Made by a program: the position numbers and the translations under genes. The notes beneath the pieces were generated by a model. It saw nothing but the letters and a program-made list of their open reading frames with translations. It was not told the DNA's origin and did no database searches. Positions 1 through 13,500 of a stretch of DNA of 64,000 bases are shown one piece after another (position 1 is the stretch's first letter; each line of letters starts with the position of its first letter). This DNA comes from Ascidiella aspersa (Eukaryota): NCBI GenBank assembly GCA_963924565.1, contig OZ004608.1, forward strand, positions 25,296,001 to 25,360,000. The letters are read 5' to 3'.

Positions 1-3000
1 AACTGGAAAAGCAGCAACGGCCCTTGCCTTACGGTCGTCCGCCGCTGGATCATACAATGATCAACCGCCTGCGGCACAACATGCGGTGGGCCGGAAGCGA
101 TAAGGTCACGTCCAGGAGGAATGTCGACGAAGCCTTTCACGTGTCGGACTTTTCCTCGCCCGATTTGCGGTATGACGGAAGCGTAGCCGGACTCGACATC
201 CGTAAAACTTTGTCCAGCTATGATATGAGTCAAATCAAGGACAACTCGACCTCGCTTGCTGGACGCCACCACGTCCGATTGCCGCCAATCAAAGCCAGAT
301 TTCAGCGACGTCAACGCAAAATGCTCGACATAAAGGAGAAGACAACTGCCGACAGAAAAGCGTCACTTATCAAGGGATCAAGAAAGAGCTTCAGCGAAGA
401 GCCTTCTATCCCAGAAGAGCGATACATCCCTGGGAGAAAGCAAAGCGCGGATGACCGCGATGAACGTCCCCTTAGGCCTCTCGACGGTAAGCTAGTTAAC
501 ACGTGGACATTGTTTATATTCTATAATTATTTTAACAGGTCAGTGATCACTGATGATGGCATTAGAAATTGCCGAAACGTTTGAAAATAAAGCATGTCGT
601 TATTTTCACCATTAAACTTATGAACATATCCGTATATAGTGTTCTATTTTATCAGGAAATTAGTATATAATTTAACAGGAAATTAGTCGTTCAAAGCATC
701 TAGCCTTTATGAAACATTTTTCCGTAATAATGACTTCCTTGGCGAAGGAATTCAATCTGTAATGCCCTTTTACCGCGAAACTGCACTCTTTTTTAAATCA
801 ATTTTTAAAATAAAGCAAAGTCCCGGACCCGTGAAGGTTCTTTGGGCCATTCGCCAAGCCGTTTAATAGCGTCCACCTCCTCCACGAGCGGAATAGCAGG
901 AGTGGCACCGCGCGCGAGAAGCAAGGAAGCTGACACTCCAACCGACTCCGAGGGAAGTTTCGGTAAATTTTTGACCAGTTTTGGCTATAGTACCTTACAA
1001 AAGGCGATTCCTCCAACGTGTTAACTTGTTCTGATGAATATTTGTTATAATTGAAATGCTGTGACTGGAAGTCATATGGAATAATGAAATATTTTGCCTG
1101 GGCAGTTCCGTATTCGTTTTCCTGCACTATATGTTCATTATATTTAAAAGTAGGACTTTGCTTCGAATGGCATATGTCGTACTCTATATAGTCTAGAGCA
1201 CAGCCAAAAAAGTATTACTTTGTTTCAAGTTATATTTTATGCTATAAGCATCCAATAGTGTATAAACGTTTTCTATTCTAATAACATTAAGGTAATACGA
1301 GATTTCGACGCTTGAAGAGATTAAAAACGCTAAAGAGCTTAGGAAAACAGGACGGAAAAGGAAATTCTCCTATCTACCGACACGTCAAACCTAAAAGATT
1401 GGTAAACTACTTTGTTATCCCTTTTTGTTTTGTTTTGCGGATGTACGTGGTACTTCTAGGTACATTTATGTTACATATACCTGTAAGTTGAACAATTAGT
1501 CTGCAAACAACACGCAAATGAAAACAAAAACAACACGCAATTCCATTGCTTCTATTTGCATAAATAAGATTCGCTAACTAAAAAACTGAGATAAAAATTA
1601 ACGAGAAAATACCGCGGGCCGAGTCCCGTGAAAACCAGCTAAAAAATAACAAAAGGCCTCTTTTTTGATAATGTTAATTCATAGCATATATATTTAAGGT
1701 TAGGATAACAAAACGTATTCCAACATGCGCCTATTTTAGGACGCTCTGATGTGGAAGTGGTATATCGCGATGCGCTTGGCCGTGTGGCTGTCGCGCCTCT
1801 GTAAGTGTCACCGGCTCATGGTGGATGACATTTTTAACATCCGGAGCGGCACCACGAATGAGGACGATGACGTCACAGCGGAGTCGGGAAAGCGAGAAGT
1901 GCTCTTCGACTTGACGGACTACAAGATGAAAAATCAGGTGCACTAAAGTAAAAAAAAAAACGAAAATCGAACGGCGATTGCAGAAAGTAGATGTTGATGA
2001 TTTTCGCGCTGTAAAGGCATCGCATTTATTTACTCATGGTGTTGCTGATTTGCAGAAAAATGCTACACCGTAGGAAAGTCTGTTGTCTGTGAAATACTAC
2101 GGCGTCACAAAAACAATACGTTATTACCTGAAATTCTCTTGATCTCAATAACTGTAAGTCAGATAAGAAAAGTTACATTGTTTTCGTTTCAACAGCTTCG
2201 TCTCTCCGATACGACGCGGCGCATATTAACAATGTCGCCAAGCATGCGCAGCGACAAGGAAATAAATTTGGTAAGCCTAATAAAGTAATATGTGTAGTAT
2301 TTTTTTAGCTTGTGAAACCACATTGGGTACGACGTTTGCTCAGCTCGCACTTGTATGAGTTAACCTACTTGAAGTGGCACGACGGATAATGGCAGCTTAT
2401 TTACATAAGACTCCATCATTTCGCCACTTTCAGTCGAAACACGCGGGCCCCGGCGGTCTCAAAATGTTTCCCGGCATCCCATTGTTTAGGGGCAGGCCCT
2501 GGTTAAGTAGCAACACTCGACGGCTGGACAAAATAAACTTACGCCGCTCCAAGCGATGGTTTACAGCGTATTTCAAGCACGCGACTGTGCAAATAGAAAG
2601 GCGAAGGTTTCATTCCGTCCTGGATCGAAGTGTTTTGAGGCCGGGGCGTGCTATGCCGGCGGAAAAGCGACTTGTCTTGTTTTCTTCGGCAGGTTCAAGC
2701 GTCGCTTCGCAACATCAAAGCCGTCTCCGATTACGCCACCGCCGTACAAAAGCAGATAGGAAGGCACGGTTATTTCGTCGGGTACGTGAAGCGCTTTACC
2801 CAGGATAAACTCTCTGGTCTTGGTTGGAAATACCTACGTCGACCATTTAACCTATGTCTGTGTCCCAAAACGGCTAAAATCACATCGGAACGTGCTGTGC
2901 TGTTTAGGTAGTTTAACAAAGGGATCCGCAGGTTTTATCCCGTCAAAACATGTAACGTCACTATGTATGAAGTTTTTCTAAGGCGTATAGATGTCATTTG

Positions 3001-6000
3001 TTGAGACACTTAAGATTACATTTTTTCTTAGCGTTACACTAACTTTAATATACGAATCTATTAAACCCAATGGATAAGTAAATAACCTGTCATTTCTAAT
3101 ATTAGCCAAAACGGGTAAGATTTGGTTTATTTTTCAAGTTCGTAGACGTGGGGCCAACCCTTTAAAACCAACTCGCGTTTCAAGCGAAAACAAACGTCCG
3201 ACCGCTGCCGTGTATCTTACGGACAGACCCGGGTACCTAAACAAACCCGGGTTGGCTTTATCCGCACAGTGTAGCTTTGTTTATACCGTTCAAGGTAAAG
3301 TTTGTAATGTTTGTTTTTGCAGGTTCGACGACAAGCGCATTGTGGTGCGCGAGGGACGGCGGCCCCTGAACTATTATATCCTGTTGGCGGGCTCGGCCGT
3401 GGTTATTAAGGAGGACGAATCCGGCAAGACCAATCCCGTGCAACTGATGCGACGCGGGGACGTGTTTGGGGTGCGTCGATCTTGTGCTTTGTGCGCTGGA
3501 ATTGTGACAGACGCCGAGTTATGGTTATAACATCTGTTGAAAGAGATTTTGCTTACACCGCCGATTTCTCTTCAACGGGAATTTGGCCTTTTGTTCTTTT
3601 GTAAATGTCAGATTCCTCGAAAATTGTTTGTGACGTGGGATGTAATGCAAACAAAAGAAACGTCCGACCCAATAGGTTAACTATTAAGTTAATCAAGCAA
3701 AAATATACCAATTAGATTAAAATGGTTTAAGCACAAGCTTAAACCATACTTGAATTTGTAACTAGAGACCACCCGGATTTGGCTAACAGATTGATAGCCA
3801 CTAATCACTATCGGCCTAAATTGGTAATTTTTGTTAAAATAAAATAAGCGAAGGTTTTATATTTGTCAACCCCCTATTGCGGGGAAATGAACTATATGAC
3901 AACCGTTTTGGAAGTTTGCTGAGTATCCACCTTATTTCAGTTTCACACATGGGTGAACAGCAGGTGTTAGAATCGAAACTGGCTCGGGACTTAGGACTTG
4001 GGACTCTGGATCCAGAATCAAGTTTGATGTTTGGCTGGAGTCGCACTTGGATTGTTTTTAACGGACTCGGTAGCCCTGGTTTGTGTGACCACTTGACCAG
4101 CAATTATTGTTGGTATAATTTCCCGTAAGATTTGTACACCGAAAACCATCGCAGACTGACTGAATCTGTCGATCAATGATGCAATCAGGATAAGATAGAA
4201 AAACAACTTGTCTGCAGTAAGGTTCGAACTCACAAACTCCGGTCGTACCGGGACCGTCGCTCTACCAATATAGGAGCGAGTCGAGAAACAATCATACGCC
4301 AATGCTTGCCACATTTTGCTGGTACAAGCAATTTCACATTGAAGGGGATCAACAGTATCGTATCAATATTCAATGAAACATGCTCACACATGTTAATAGA
4401 TTAGAGTTGTTAACAAATATATGTGTGAGCATGTTTCATTGAAGATGGATAGTACCAGTAATTATTACGTCTATAGTTTTAACGCCTGCTAATTAAGGTC
4501 AAACGACATCTAACCGTTCTCAACTTAGGAACACGAGATCTTGGAGGATATACCCTGGAGGTGGACAGTAGTGACCACCGGCCAGTGCGAGTTTCTTTTG
4601 CTGACCAGGGAGATGTACCGGAACATCTTTATCACCGGAGGAGGCGGTGGTTTGTTCGCAGATCCCGACCGGGGAAAGTTTTTGAGGTAATGCATGAAAT
4701 GGCGAAACGCTGCTTAGTGTTCTGTGACACTTGAAAAATGTAAACTGTGGTTGAATTACCTTAATGATGTCCTATGTAAAAGCGATAGCCGTTTTTTGTC
4801 ACACGAAACATCTAAACACAATTAAATTCACGTTAAAATAGTCATTCTTTTCTATATACGAAAACAATACTGTAAACACATAAACAAAGTATTTACCGCG
4901 TAAAATATCTTCTTATAGTATCAAGCTCTATTATTTAGTTCAGGTTAGTCTAATAATTTTGCAAGAAAAACTCGATTTTTTCTATTTTAATAACACGAAT
5001 GAGGCCTTAAAAGGTTTGTGAATTCAATTGGCGTTTTTGACAAATTTTGAAAGAGTCCGTTCGGAAAACTAAACGTTTTTCCAAATCTAAAAGGGAAAAA
5101 AGAAAAATGCAAAAAGGGGGATACGCTAACTTGTTGTAGACATGTAGTCTCCAGAGAGAGTTCTTTACATAGCTATATGTGCCTAATCTGGCAAAATCTG
5201 TCCAAAATAAGACTATTAGACGGTGTTTGCGTTGTTTAATTCTGATTCTGGAACGCGTTTTACTGTTTGTTTTAGCATAATTAACTCAGGTTTTCCTTCG
5301 CGGTCCCAATGAAACGGCTTTGATATTCTGCAGAATAGCTCGAATGTTTACATTACATACAGGCCCAGTTTTTAGATCATTTTTTTCTTTATTATGTTAA
5401 TAATCAAATACAACCTTTACTTCTTTCGCTTTTCAACTGCTTTCGCCACAAATTTGCGAAAAATTTACCAAATGTGTTTGCTGAACCGTTGCATACCTTT
5501 TTGTATACGTTGGTTTTTGCTAGACGTTGGTTTTTAAATTGCTTATAACATCTTTCGTACAAAGGTCGATTTCGTTGCTCCAGCATTGGCCAACCGAATT
5601 GCTGAACGAAAACCCGAATCGCTGCCTTTTCCGGTACTTTAAGCGCGGCGCACTACTGGTGCGGGATGATTCACAAACCGAGTGGATCTACGTCATTAAA
5701 TCGGTAAAGCTTCAGTTTATTAAACTCATTTTCTTTGTTTTAGACTTGCTGGTCTCAGAGTAAAAAATATTTGTTTTAATGACGGCAAAAAATAGAAAAG
5801 GAAAAAGCAAATCTAATCAAAATAATACAGGGAAGCTGTTCAGTGATGAAGATGCTGATGGTGGATCATTTGAGCAAAGGTCAGATTGTGAAGAGGTTGG
5901 CCGAAGAACAACGATTCAGTCCAGAAATAAAGCTTACGCCGCGACTCGTTCCTAAATCAGAAGCAACCGGTGAAGCAGGTTGGTTGTCGATTTAAAAAAC

Positions 6001-9000
6001 TAAATTCATTACAATATTAACAATCGACAAATATTAAACCCAGGAGAAACACCACATAAAAATGATGTAAGAATATCATCGACTTGCTTTGATGTAATAC
6101 ATGCATCACCATCTATACCTTGTATAAACTCTTAGAGATTAGTTACCAAAAGTATTTTATTGTTCAATCAATTAACATGAAATAGTGATGCTACTAGGTT
6201 GCTTCAAAAAACATTTGTTTTATTACAAGACCACTTGCAAGCATTAAAGCAGAAGGAAGAGGAGGAACAGAACAAAGCGAATGAAGCAAGCGTTTACCAA
6301 CAACTAGAAATGAGTAAGATTATGTTCATTCCTGCAATATTCTACAACTAATAAGTATATATTGACTTATTGATTTCACTCTAAAAGGTACTGTTCTGAA
6401 AGAACTCAATCCCGACGTGATCGGTTTATCTGCCTCGCCGAACGCCGACATAGACGAGTACGACCACAGAACCGAGTTCCCCATGTCTTCCTTTCAAACA
6501 GAGGATACAAAATGCAAAGCGAAGCCCAATCCGCCTTACGATATCTCGAACGATGAAGAAGCAAGCGTTAAACTGAGACAAGCGCACGACAACTTGACCA
6601 ACGGCTTCCGTCTGAGTCGCCACTCAGACCGCCGAAACCCGCGAACTCCCAGTCCCATGAAAGCGGCATACCTCAGGACTGGACCGACACCATTAGACAG
6701 CCGTCAATCGAATGGGGGCGCGGACGAGGCGACCCGGACACAATTGATATCCTTCGACGACGAGTTGGGGGCAGGGGTTGGCGTCGATGATAATTTGCCA
6801 ACCGAGGGGGTTATTACAAACGTCGAGCTTCACCCTCCGAATCAGACGAGTCATCAGCAACCGGTTGATGTGAGCAGTATCTTCCTTAGCACTATAGTGA
6901 GTCGGCTATACGGTTAAACAATAAAATCGTAACGTATAGAGTAGATAATTTATGCCTGTAACATGACATTGCTATTATTTTGAGGTAGCTGTGACTAACT
7001 GTCGGTATTTAAATATATTTTAGGACACCAACATTTTCAATGCACATTTCGTAGTGCAGACTTTTGGTGTTTACTGAATAAACGTCGACCAGCCTATGTG
7101 CGCTCCCAACAAATTAATTCATAATTCCGAAAGCGTCGTAACGAATTCCTGGTAAATTTTATTTATTATGCCTTCAGACCAATGAATTTTGTTGAACAGT
7201 ATAAAAGCAGAAAAAAAGTGTTTGCTTGAAGATTTTTTATCCTTCTTGGTAGAGTCCAGCAGCAACCGCCAAGTCTGGAACCAATGACAAACTTCATCCC
7301 ACACATATCAACGTGAGGAAGCTTACCGCTGGTGAGGTTTTTGGAATTGGAACGACCTTGTACGCGAATCAGCCAAGCTTGGCCCTTGTCAGCAACGGGG
7401 CAGAGTGTCTGATGCTAAACAAGAAATTCTACTTGGAAAACGCCAGCGAAGAATGCTTACGTAGCTTGCGGGAAGCGGTAGGTGCAATTTTGGGAGTCGG
7501 TCTATTTCTGTTTCGGACAGAGCTTCACACCAAACAATTATATGCAATTTTGTTGTCTTAAGCAACGACAATTATTCTAAATAAGATGGGCAAACGTCAG
7601 GGCCGGCAGTCTTTTTTGGATTTAGATACATTTACGATTGGTCAACTTAAGCTCTTAAATTGCAGCAATTAATATGACAAAAAAAGTCCAACAAAAAAAA
7701 TAAAAGAAACATAACTATACAATAATTTTATTATCGATTAACATTATTGATACGCGATAATTAATTCGTTCCACAACTAAGTTTCTTTATTGTCATCAAC
7801 ATTTGCTTCCTACTAATGAGCTTTGATACATTTATTCTAGGTCCTAGATTCTAGTCTAGAGCCTCCGCTCCAAAATAGCAAACATTTTTTGTCGAGTGTT
7901 TAACGATTCTAAGTGATTTGTGCCATCGAATCCTAAAATAACCCGTTTGTTTGAAGTGGCTCTATAATTTTTGAGATGTCGAAATTTTCAAATTTTTACT
8001 AGATCAAATTTGCTAACTTAAAAAACTATTAAAAACTTTAAACGGAAATATCAGTAGGCCAAACATGCATTTTTTAAATATTTTTGAACCAATATACATT
8101 CCATATTCGCAACCATTTATTCCAATACGTTTAATAGTACCGTACTTTTAGCATTCCATTTATTTAGTAAGGTATTTGAAACCAGGGCTGCAAAGTTGGA
8201 GTGGGACTCGGAACTCGGGACCCGGGACTCGAGGAGTCGGTTTGTTTTGCTAGAGTCGGACTCGGGACTTGGGTAAGACCATGTAGGACTACCCAAGTCC
8301 CGAGTCCTACTTGCGCAGTATCAAATTTTAAAACTGATATGGTTGCCAACTGGAAACTGCAAAGGTGGAATATTTTCCAACCATGTATTGTGAGTCAATG
8401 AATTATACGACACCCCTTTATTGGATTGCTGAATATCCACCTTACTTAGATGCGTAAACTGGCGGAAAACAGGCTGTAGAGTCAGGGCCGGATTTGGGAT
8501 TCGTACACTTGGCCGGAGTCGGACTCGGGGCTCGGGAGTCGGACACTGGTTTATTTTTTTTGGCTGGAGACGGACTCAGGTTATTTTTAACCGACTCCGC
8601 AGCCCTGTTTGAAACATTCGGTATTTAGTGCAAGCAGCATGTGTATGTTGTTGTACTGTATAGCCAAATTCTTTGCGAAAGATTTTATTTTCTTAGTTGT
8701 CGGTAAACTGTGCACCATCAGACAGTAAACCAGGAGATGCCATTGTAATAGTAAGTTTGTCATTCATATTAACCACAATTTCTTTGTATTGCTAAATATA
8801 TACAAACTGCAGTAGGCTACTCCGTATCATAGCTTTGACGCCACTTGTTTTGGCGAACAAAAATTTGTTGTTAACTGCTAATATTGCACAAATTTTTGAA
8901 TTTTTGCTTAATTTTCAAATAAAAAATATTATGTAAAGAAAATTAGAGCCCATTTGCAAAAACCAAGGTAATTTTTGGATTCAGTATCATAATAAAACCC

Positions 9001-9317
9001 AAAACCATTAACACTTTCAAAACTGTATTAAAAGGCGTCCCGTGTATGTTTTAAGTAGGCCTAACAGTAACATTTGCAGCTAATCAACGAGGCTTGTACA
9101 AATGGTGGCCAGCGTGTAAAAGGCGGCTTAAACCGAGATTCGTAAAATCGAACATCATATTTAGGAATTCCCATATCCTTCCGAAGAGGAGCTTATGCAG
9201 CAGCATTGGAGACTTGTGGCCTGGAAAGCTTACCAATCAAACCTGCTTGGTGAAGTGTTGGAACGTCAAAACGATATGAAGGTACATCGCAAAGAGACAA
9301 CAAGCAATCACTTTTGA
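1..9317 (+). CDS. CNBD2: Cyclic nucleotide-binding domain-containing protein 2-like (5' end outside the window)
   Basis: Phase-consistent GT-AG exons: <1-486, 816-962, 1292-1401, 1740-1937, 2196-2270, 2693-2781, 3323-3470, 4529-4686, 5565-5703, 5831-5978, 6230-6313, 6388-6869, 7253-7477, 9165-9317 (TGA). cNMP-binding-fold segments FDDKRIVVREG..YYILLAGSA..GDVFGE, FKRGALLVRD..WIYVIKSG and LTAGEVFGI..SLALVSNGAEC; C-terminal PYPSEEEL..W resembles CNBD2-like proteins. Confidence 0.8.
547..584 (+). ncRNA. Minimal type I hammerhead ribozyme motif (Penelope/retrozyme type) in a CNBD2 intron
   Basis: tca-CTGATGA-t-GGCA-ttagaaat-TGCC-GAAAC-GTT-tga followed by AATAAA: intact core, paired stems I and II, palindromic AACGTT at stem III. 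Confidence 0.65.
3860..4078 (+). mobile_element. Truncated copy of the 8183-8607 MITE family
   Basis: Shares internal sequence (gctga-tatccacctta, ggactc/ggagtc motifs) and the 3' end (agccctg) with the 8183-8607 element. Confidence 0.6.
4209..4279 (-). mobile_element. tRNA-derived SINE head or tRNA pseudogene
   Basis: Minus strand reads tcgctcctatatTGGTAGAGCgac...gtGAGTTCGAACC, with Pol III A-box-like and B-box motifs at tRNA spacing; no proper acceptor stem. Confidence 0.4.
4369..4443. repeat. Perfect 23-bp inverted repeat with a 29-nt spacer
   Basis: ttcaatgaaacatgctcacacat (4369-4391) pairs with atgtgtgagcatgtttcattgaa (4421-4443). Confidence 0.85.
8183..8607. mobile_element. hAT-type MITE (425 bp)
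   Basis: TIRs cagggctgc...gcagccctg, subterminal ggagtc/gactc repeats, exact 8-bp TSD tttgaaac (8175-8182 and 8608-8615). Confidence 0.85.
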
Positions 9318-9586
9318 ACTTTTTTTCCTACCCGTCTATTCCTATCTATATTTATATATTTTTGTTTACCAGTTAACTATCGCAAGACTTGAATTTACGC
9401 CGCAGCAAGATATTTTTAATAGCTGGTATCGACATTGTGTGAGTTATTGTCGATTGTTTTGTTTGTTTGTTTGTTTGTTATATTTATATATATTTATGAA
9501 AACTACCGGCACGTTAAAGCTCATGGCTATATACATTGTTATTATTTTTGCAAAATTTTATAATCAGATCGAACAAGGAACAGTGA

Positions 9587-9999
9587 TGTATTTTCTCTTG
9601 TAACGATTGTTTTACAAAATTACTACATAGGGTGAGCAAATAATATTCTTGTATTTTTCTCTTGTAACGATTAATTATTATTAAGACAGACACAGTTCAA
9701 TCAATTTAGGAGAAAACGGTCATAAAAAAGTAAGACCAACAGCAACAGGGAGAAAATACGGTTTATAAAAGTTAAAAATGAACTGATATATCACCTGTAG
9801 ACAAACAACAACACTGACATTTCATCAGAATAAAAATACAAACGCCCACAATGATAAAAGCAAGGAAAAACAGAGCGTAGCAAGTTATTTTTGTACCAAT
9901 GACAGCGCGTCATGTAAGCGTTAATAACAGCTTCATAAAAGAAGTAAGATTATATTCGATTCGACAAATATAATTGCCTACCATATGTTGGCAAATATT
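9587..9999 (+). repeat. Direct repeat, copy 1 (paralogous to ~16588-16932)
   Basis: Long shared blocks in the same order, e.g. acatttcatcagaata-aaatacaaacgcccacaatgataaaag-aaggaaaaacagagcgtagcaagttattt. Confidence 0.85.
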
Positions 10000-10519
10000 A
10001 TATTGCATTTAGGTGAAATAATTTAAATTTTGAGGTGTTAACACTAGAAAGATTGGACTTTCTATGCAACGGCTATAGGCTTTAATGGCAGTGGCTTTTT
10101 TCAAGAAATATGTCATCCGACAGTCTTAATGAAAAGAGGTTTACGACTACTTTCAGCTCAGTGATGTGTAGGCCTAAATGAATTTGGACAAGTTAAACTG
10201 TTTGGCTAGGATTACGTCACCTAGCTGTTTAGCGATGTTTTACTTGATGTTAACATCTTTGCATGTGCCTCCGGCACACTCTCTGTAGCTGCTACAGTGT
10301 AGCAGAACAGACTGTATAAAGATGTTTACGTGGGTATAAAGCTGTTTACGTACTGTTATTCAATAAATGATTAAGATTGCTTTTAAAACGTTCCAAGCAG
10401 TAAAAAAATTTAGGCCTATAATATAACAGCAGATTTGTAAGAAACAATAACAGCAAATGTTTGCAGAAGAGTTGCCATCAAGTTGTTAGTGTTAGGCTTT
10501 CTCAAAAATCAATTTTGAA

Positions 10520-13500
10520 ATGGATTTCAATTTTGGTTTTATCTTTTTGACCATTTTTGCGGCAACCTCTGTGATCAAGGGCCAAAGACAGTGCAACCTT
10601 TACTGCGATGAATCTGAAAGGCGATTTCCCAATCCTCCTAATCCTAGTTACCCACCTACCGAAAGTCGGGGTATGCCCGGCAAAAGGGGTCCAAAAGGAG
10701 AATCGATTCGGGGTGAAAAGGGTGAAACCGGGAGCTGTGAATGCAACATCGGCGAGAGACTGGAAGAAACTGTTGAAGAGCTACAACAGGAAGTTCGTAG
10801 CACCTATCGTAAGTTATTTTTTTGATTTGTGCTATAGGTGTTTCTACATTATACAAAAAACAAACCTTACATGAGTAGGCTATTAAACAACACATTTTAC
10901 AAGTATTAAATAAGCACACCCTAGAAGTATAAATAACTAAAGAAACATCTCCCAGGAGTATGAAATACCTTTCATTTATAGGCGAAATTTGTGTACCGTA
11001 AAACATTATACGCACCTAAAACCACGTTCAGGTTATTATTCAGCTTTACGGGAAACCAGCTTGTGCTGATAAACATGATTAGCAAAATCTTGATAAACCT
11101 AATAGAATGATCGCTTGATAACCCGAACCACTTTATGCATTGCTGAAATTAAGGAGTACGTACGTTAGTTTTAAACATCTCTCACGCGAGGGCCCCTTGT
11201 AAACCATAATGATGATCATTGCAAAATCTATGGTGAAGCGAATTAAGTTGTTGTTATTATAATATAGGCGACACAAAGGATTTCATTATAAGGTTTTGCG
11301 CAAAAAATTCAAAGTCACAAATAAGTTTTATTGATCCTATAACGTTGTAAATTATATTAATCATATAACGTTGTTTTTACAACAAGTTAATTGTCGATAA
11401 AGTCACAGGTATTTGAAAAATAATATTTTAGAACCAAAAGTATGCTATAAGACAGGGGCGTGCAACCTTTCATACAGCCGGGCCAAATATGTATTCGGAT
11501 TTGACCACGGGCCACTTGCATGTCTTGTCGTCTAACTGTTAGTAAAGCGGTCGGCAAACTTTTCGTTGCGGCCCAAAGTAGTCTTTTCAGAGCTACTTAA
11601 AGGCCCACTACATAAAACCACTACGAAACAGTGGCGGATTCAGGGGGATATTTGGTTTTAAGGGGAAACATTCTACGGCGCTTAATGGCCCAAACACTGC
11701 CATGCTATAATATAAAACATTATACCAAAAAAAGAAAATACGCGCAAAGCGCGAAAAAATTGCGTTTAAATAGAGTTAAATAAAGTTGGCAAAAAATATA
11801 GTTTTACAGACCACATTTGTGGGTCTCTCCAAGCTGAGCCAATTTAAAACATTATATGCCACACCAATTGTTAGAATAAAGTGCAATGAATGTACGGCTA
11901 TCATGCGGCTAACAACTACGGTACATGATAACACCAAGCTATTCAAAAATAACTCGCGGTCTACAGTTGACCTAACACTGTGTTAGTGACTACCACAAAA
12001 AAAATTGCTCACACAGATACGTTGAACCGAACAATGCCACCTTAAAAGCGACGAATTTTCTCAGCTGTGGAAACTTATTTAGATCGAGATGTTCGCGGTA
12101 AAAACTACTTTTCAGCTGCGCAGAGAGAAATTTGTTTCTTTTTTTTACAACACATGAACATTGAAATTGAATGTAAAACAATTACATTTCAAATGGGCGA
12201 AAAAGATCAAACGGACATTTTTAATATGCTCTATTTACATGATCATAAGTAGCTATTCGAAAGCATTTCAAGAACAAAAAAATTGCAGCGCTCAGTGCAA
12301 TTCATTTTCACACAAAGTTGTACACTTTCAGCAACAGCATCCAAAACACATTTTGTAGTTTTATTTTGTTAGCAGGCCACATTCTATTCTAATATGTTAG
12401 CAGGTCACATTCTATTCTAATTCTGATACACTAAAAATTCACATGCTATATAAGGCGACCTAGACTAAGGAACAGTCAGAAAGTTTCAATATTTTAACAG
12501 TTACGTTACCTGAATGTTTATAGTGGTGCGGGAAAAAATCAAAGCACACCGCGGGCCACATATTTTGGTTCCGCGAGCCGCATTTGGCCCGTGGGCCGCA
12601 AGTTGCACGCTCCTGCTATAAGACACAAAATTTGTTTCTTTTCAACAAGGCTAATGTTCTGAATGACTTTAATGGTCGACTGTGTAAATGAAAAGAGTGT
12701 TGTAGGGTTATTTGATGTCAGCTGGTCAATGCTTTCGCACTTATGTGATTACGTCTGTGTTGTTTGCAATGTACTGCGTTGTGACAGATTTATTTGTTAT
12801 ACGCATTCTGCGTCGAAGCAGTGCTAACTCACACCCTAGTGTTACATCTTAATTGGCATTTCGTTTTGGCTTTATAAGTCTTAGGGATTGGACCTAGATC
12901 CAGTTCCTTTTTAAGACTCACCAGAGTAACTTACTGGCTGACTATAGTGTATCTTAACTGGGCCCACACAACTTATTCTTAGCTATCGACTTGTGCTGAA
13001 TGGCATCTGGTATATGTTAACTTGTGTCGCCGATCTATAGTTCGAAACTGGTTGTTCGTTCATCAACTAATACAATTCTAATACCTGAACGCCTTGTGAA
13101 CGCCTTGTGGCGGCTCGGGAGTTAGATACGCACCTTGAAGTTGGAGTCAGAACGGAAGTGTCAATTAGAACGCTCTTCTGTTGAATAAACTATTATAAGT
13201 TTAACAACCTAAACTCGTGCTCCACAGTGTCATGTGTAAGATTACTCTTTACTTCGGTTTATTTTTACTTATGTTAATTACCAAACAACAACATAGATCA
13301 CGTCTAGGCAATCTATCACCCAAAAATAAAAATATCACATTGAAAATAATAAAATAAGCGTCAACTAGGAATTTATGTTGTATGCAGAAAAGAAGAACCA
13401 TCTTTTTGAAAGCTGCAAGGAGATTTTAGAACAAGGAAGCCATCAGGGCAGCGGCGTGTATTACATAAGAGATGCAAACGGAATTGAGTACCCGGTTTTC

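Noticed and set aside
2374-2808. 144-aa ORF
   Set aside because: Overlaps the real CNBD2 exon 2693-2781 in another frame; no recognisable motif.
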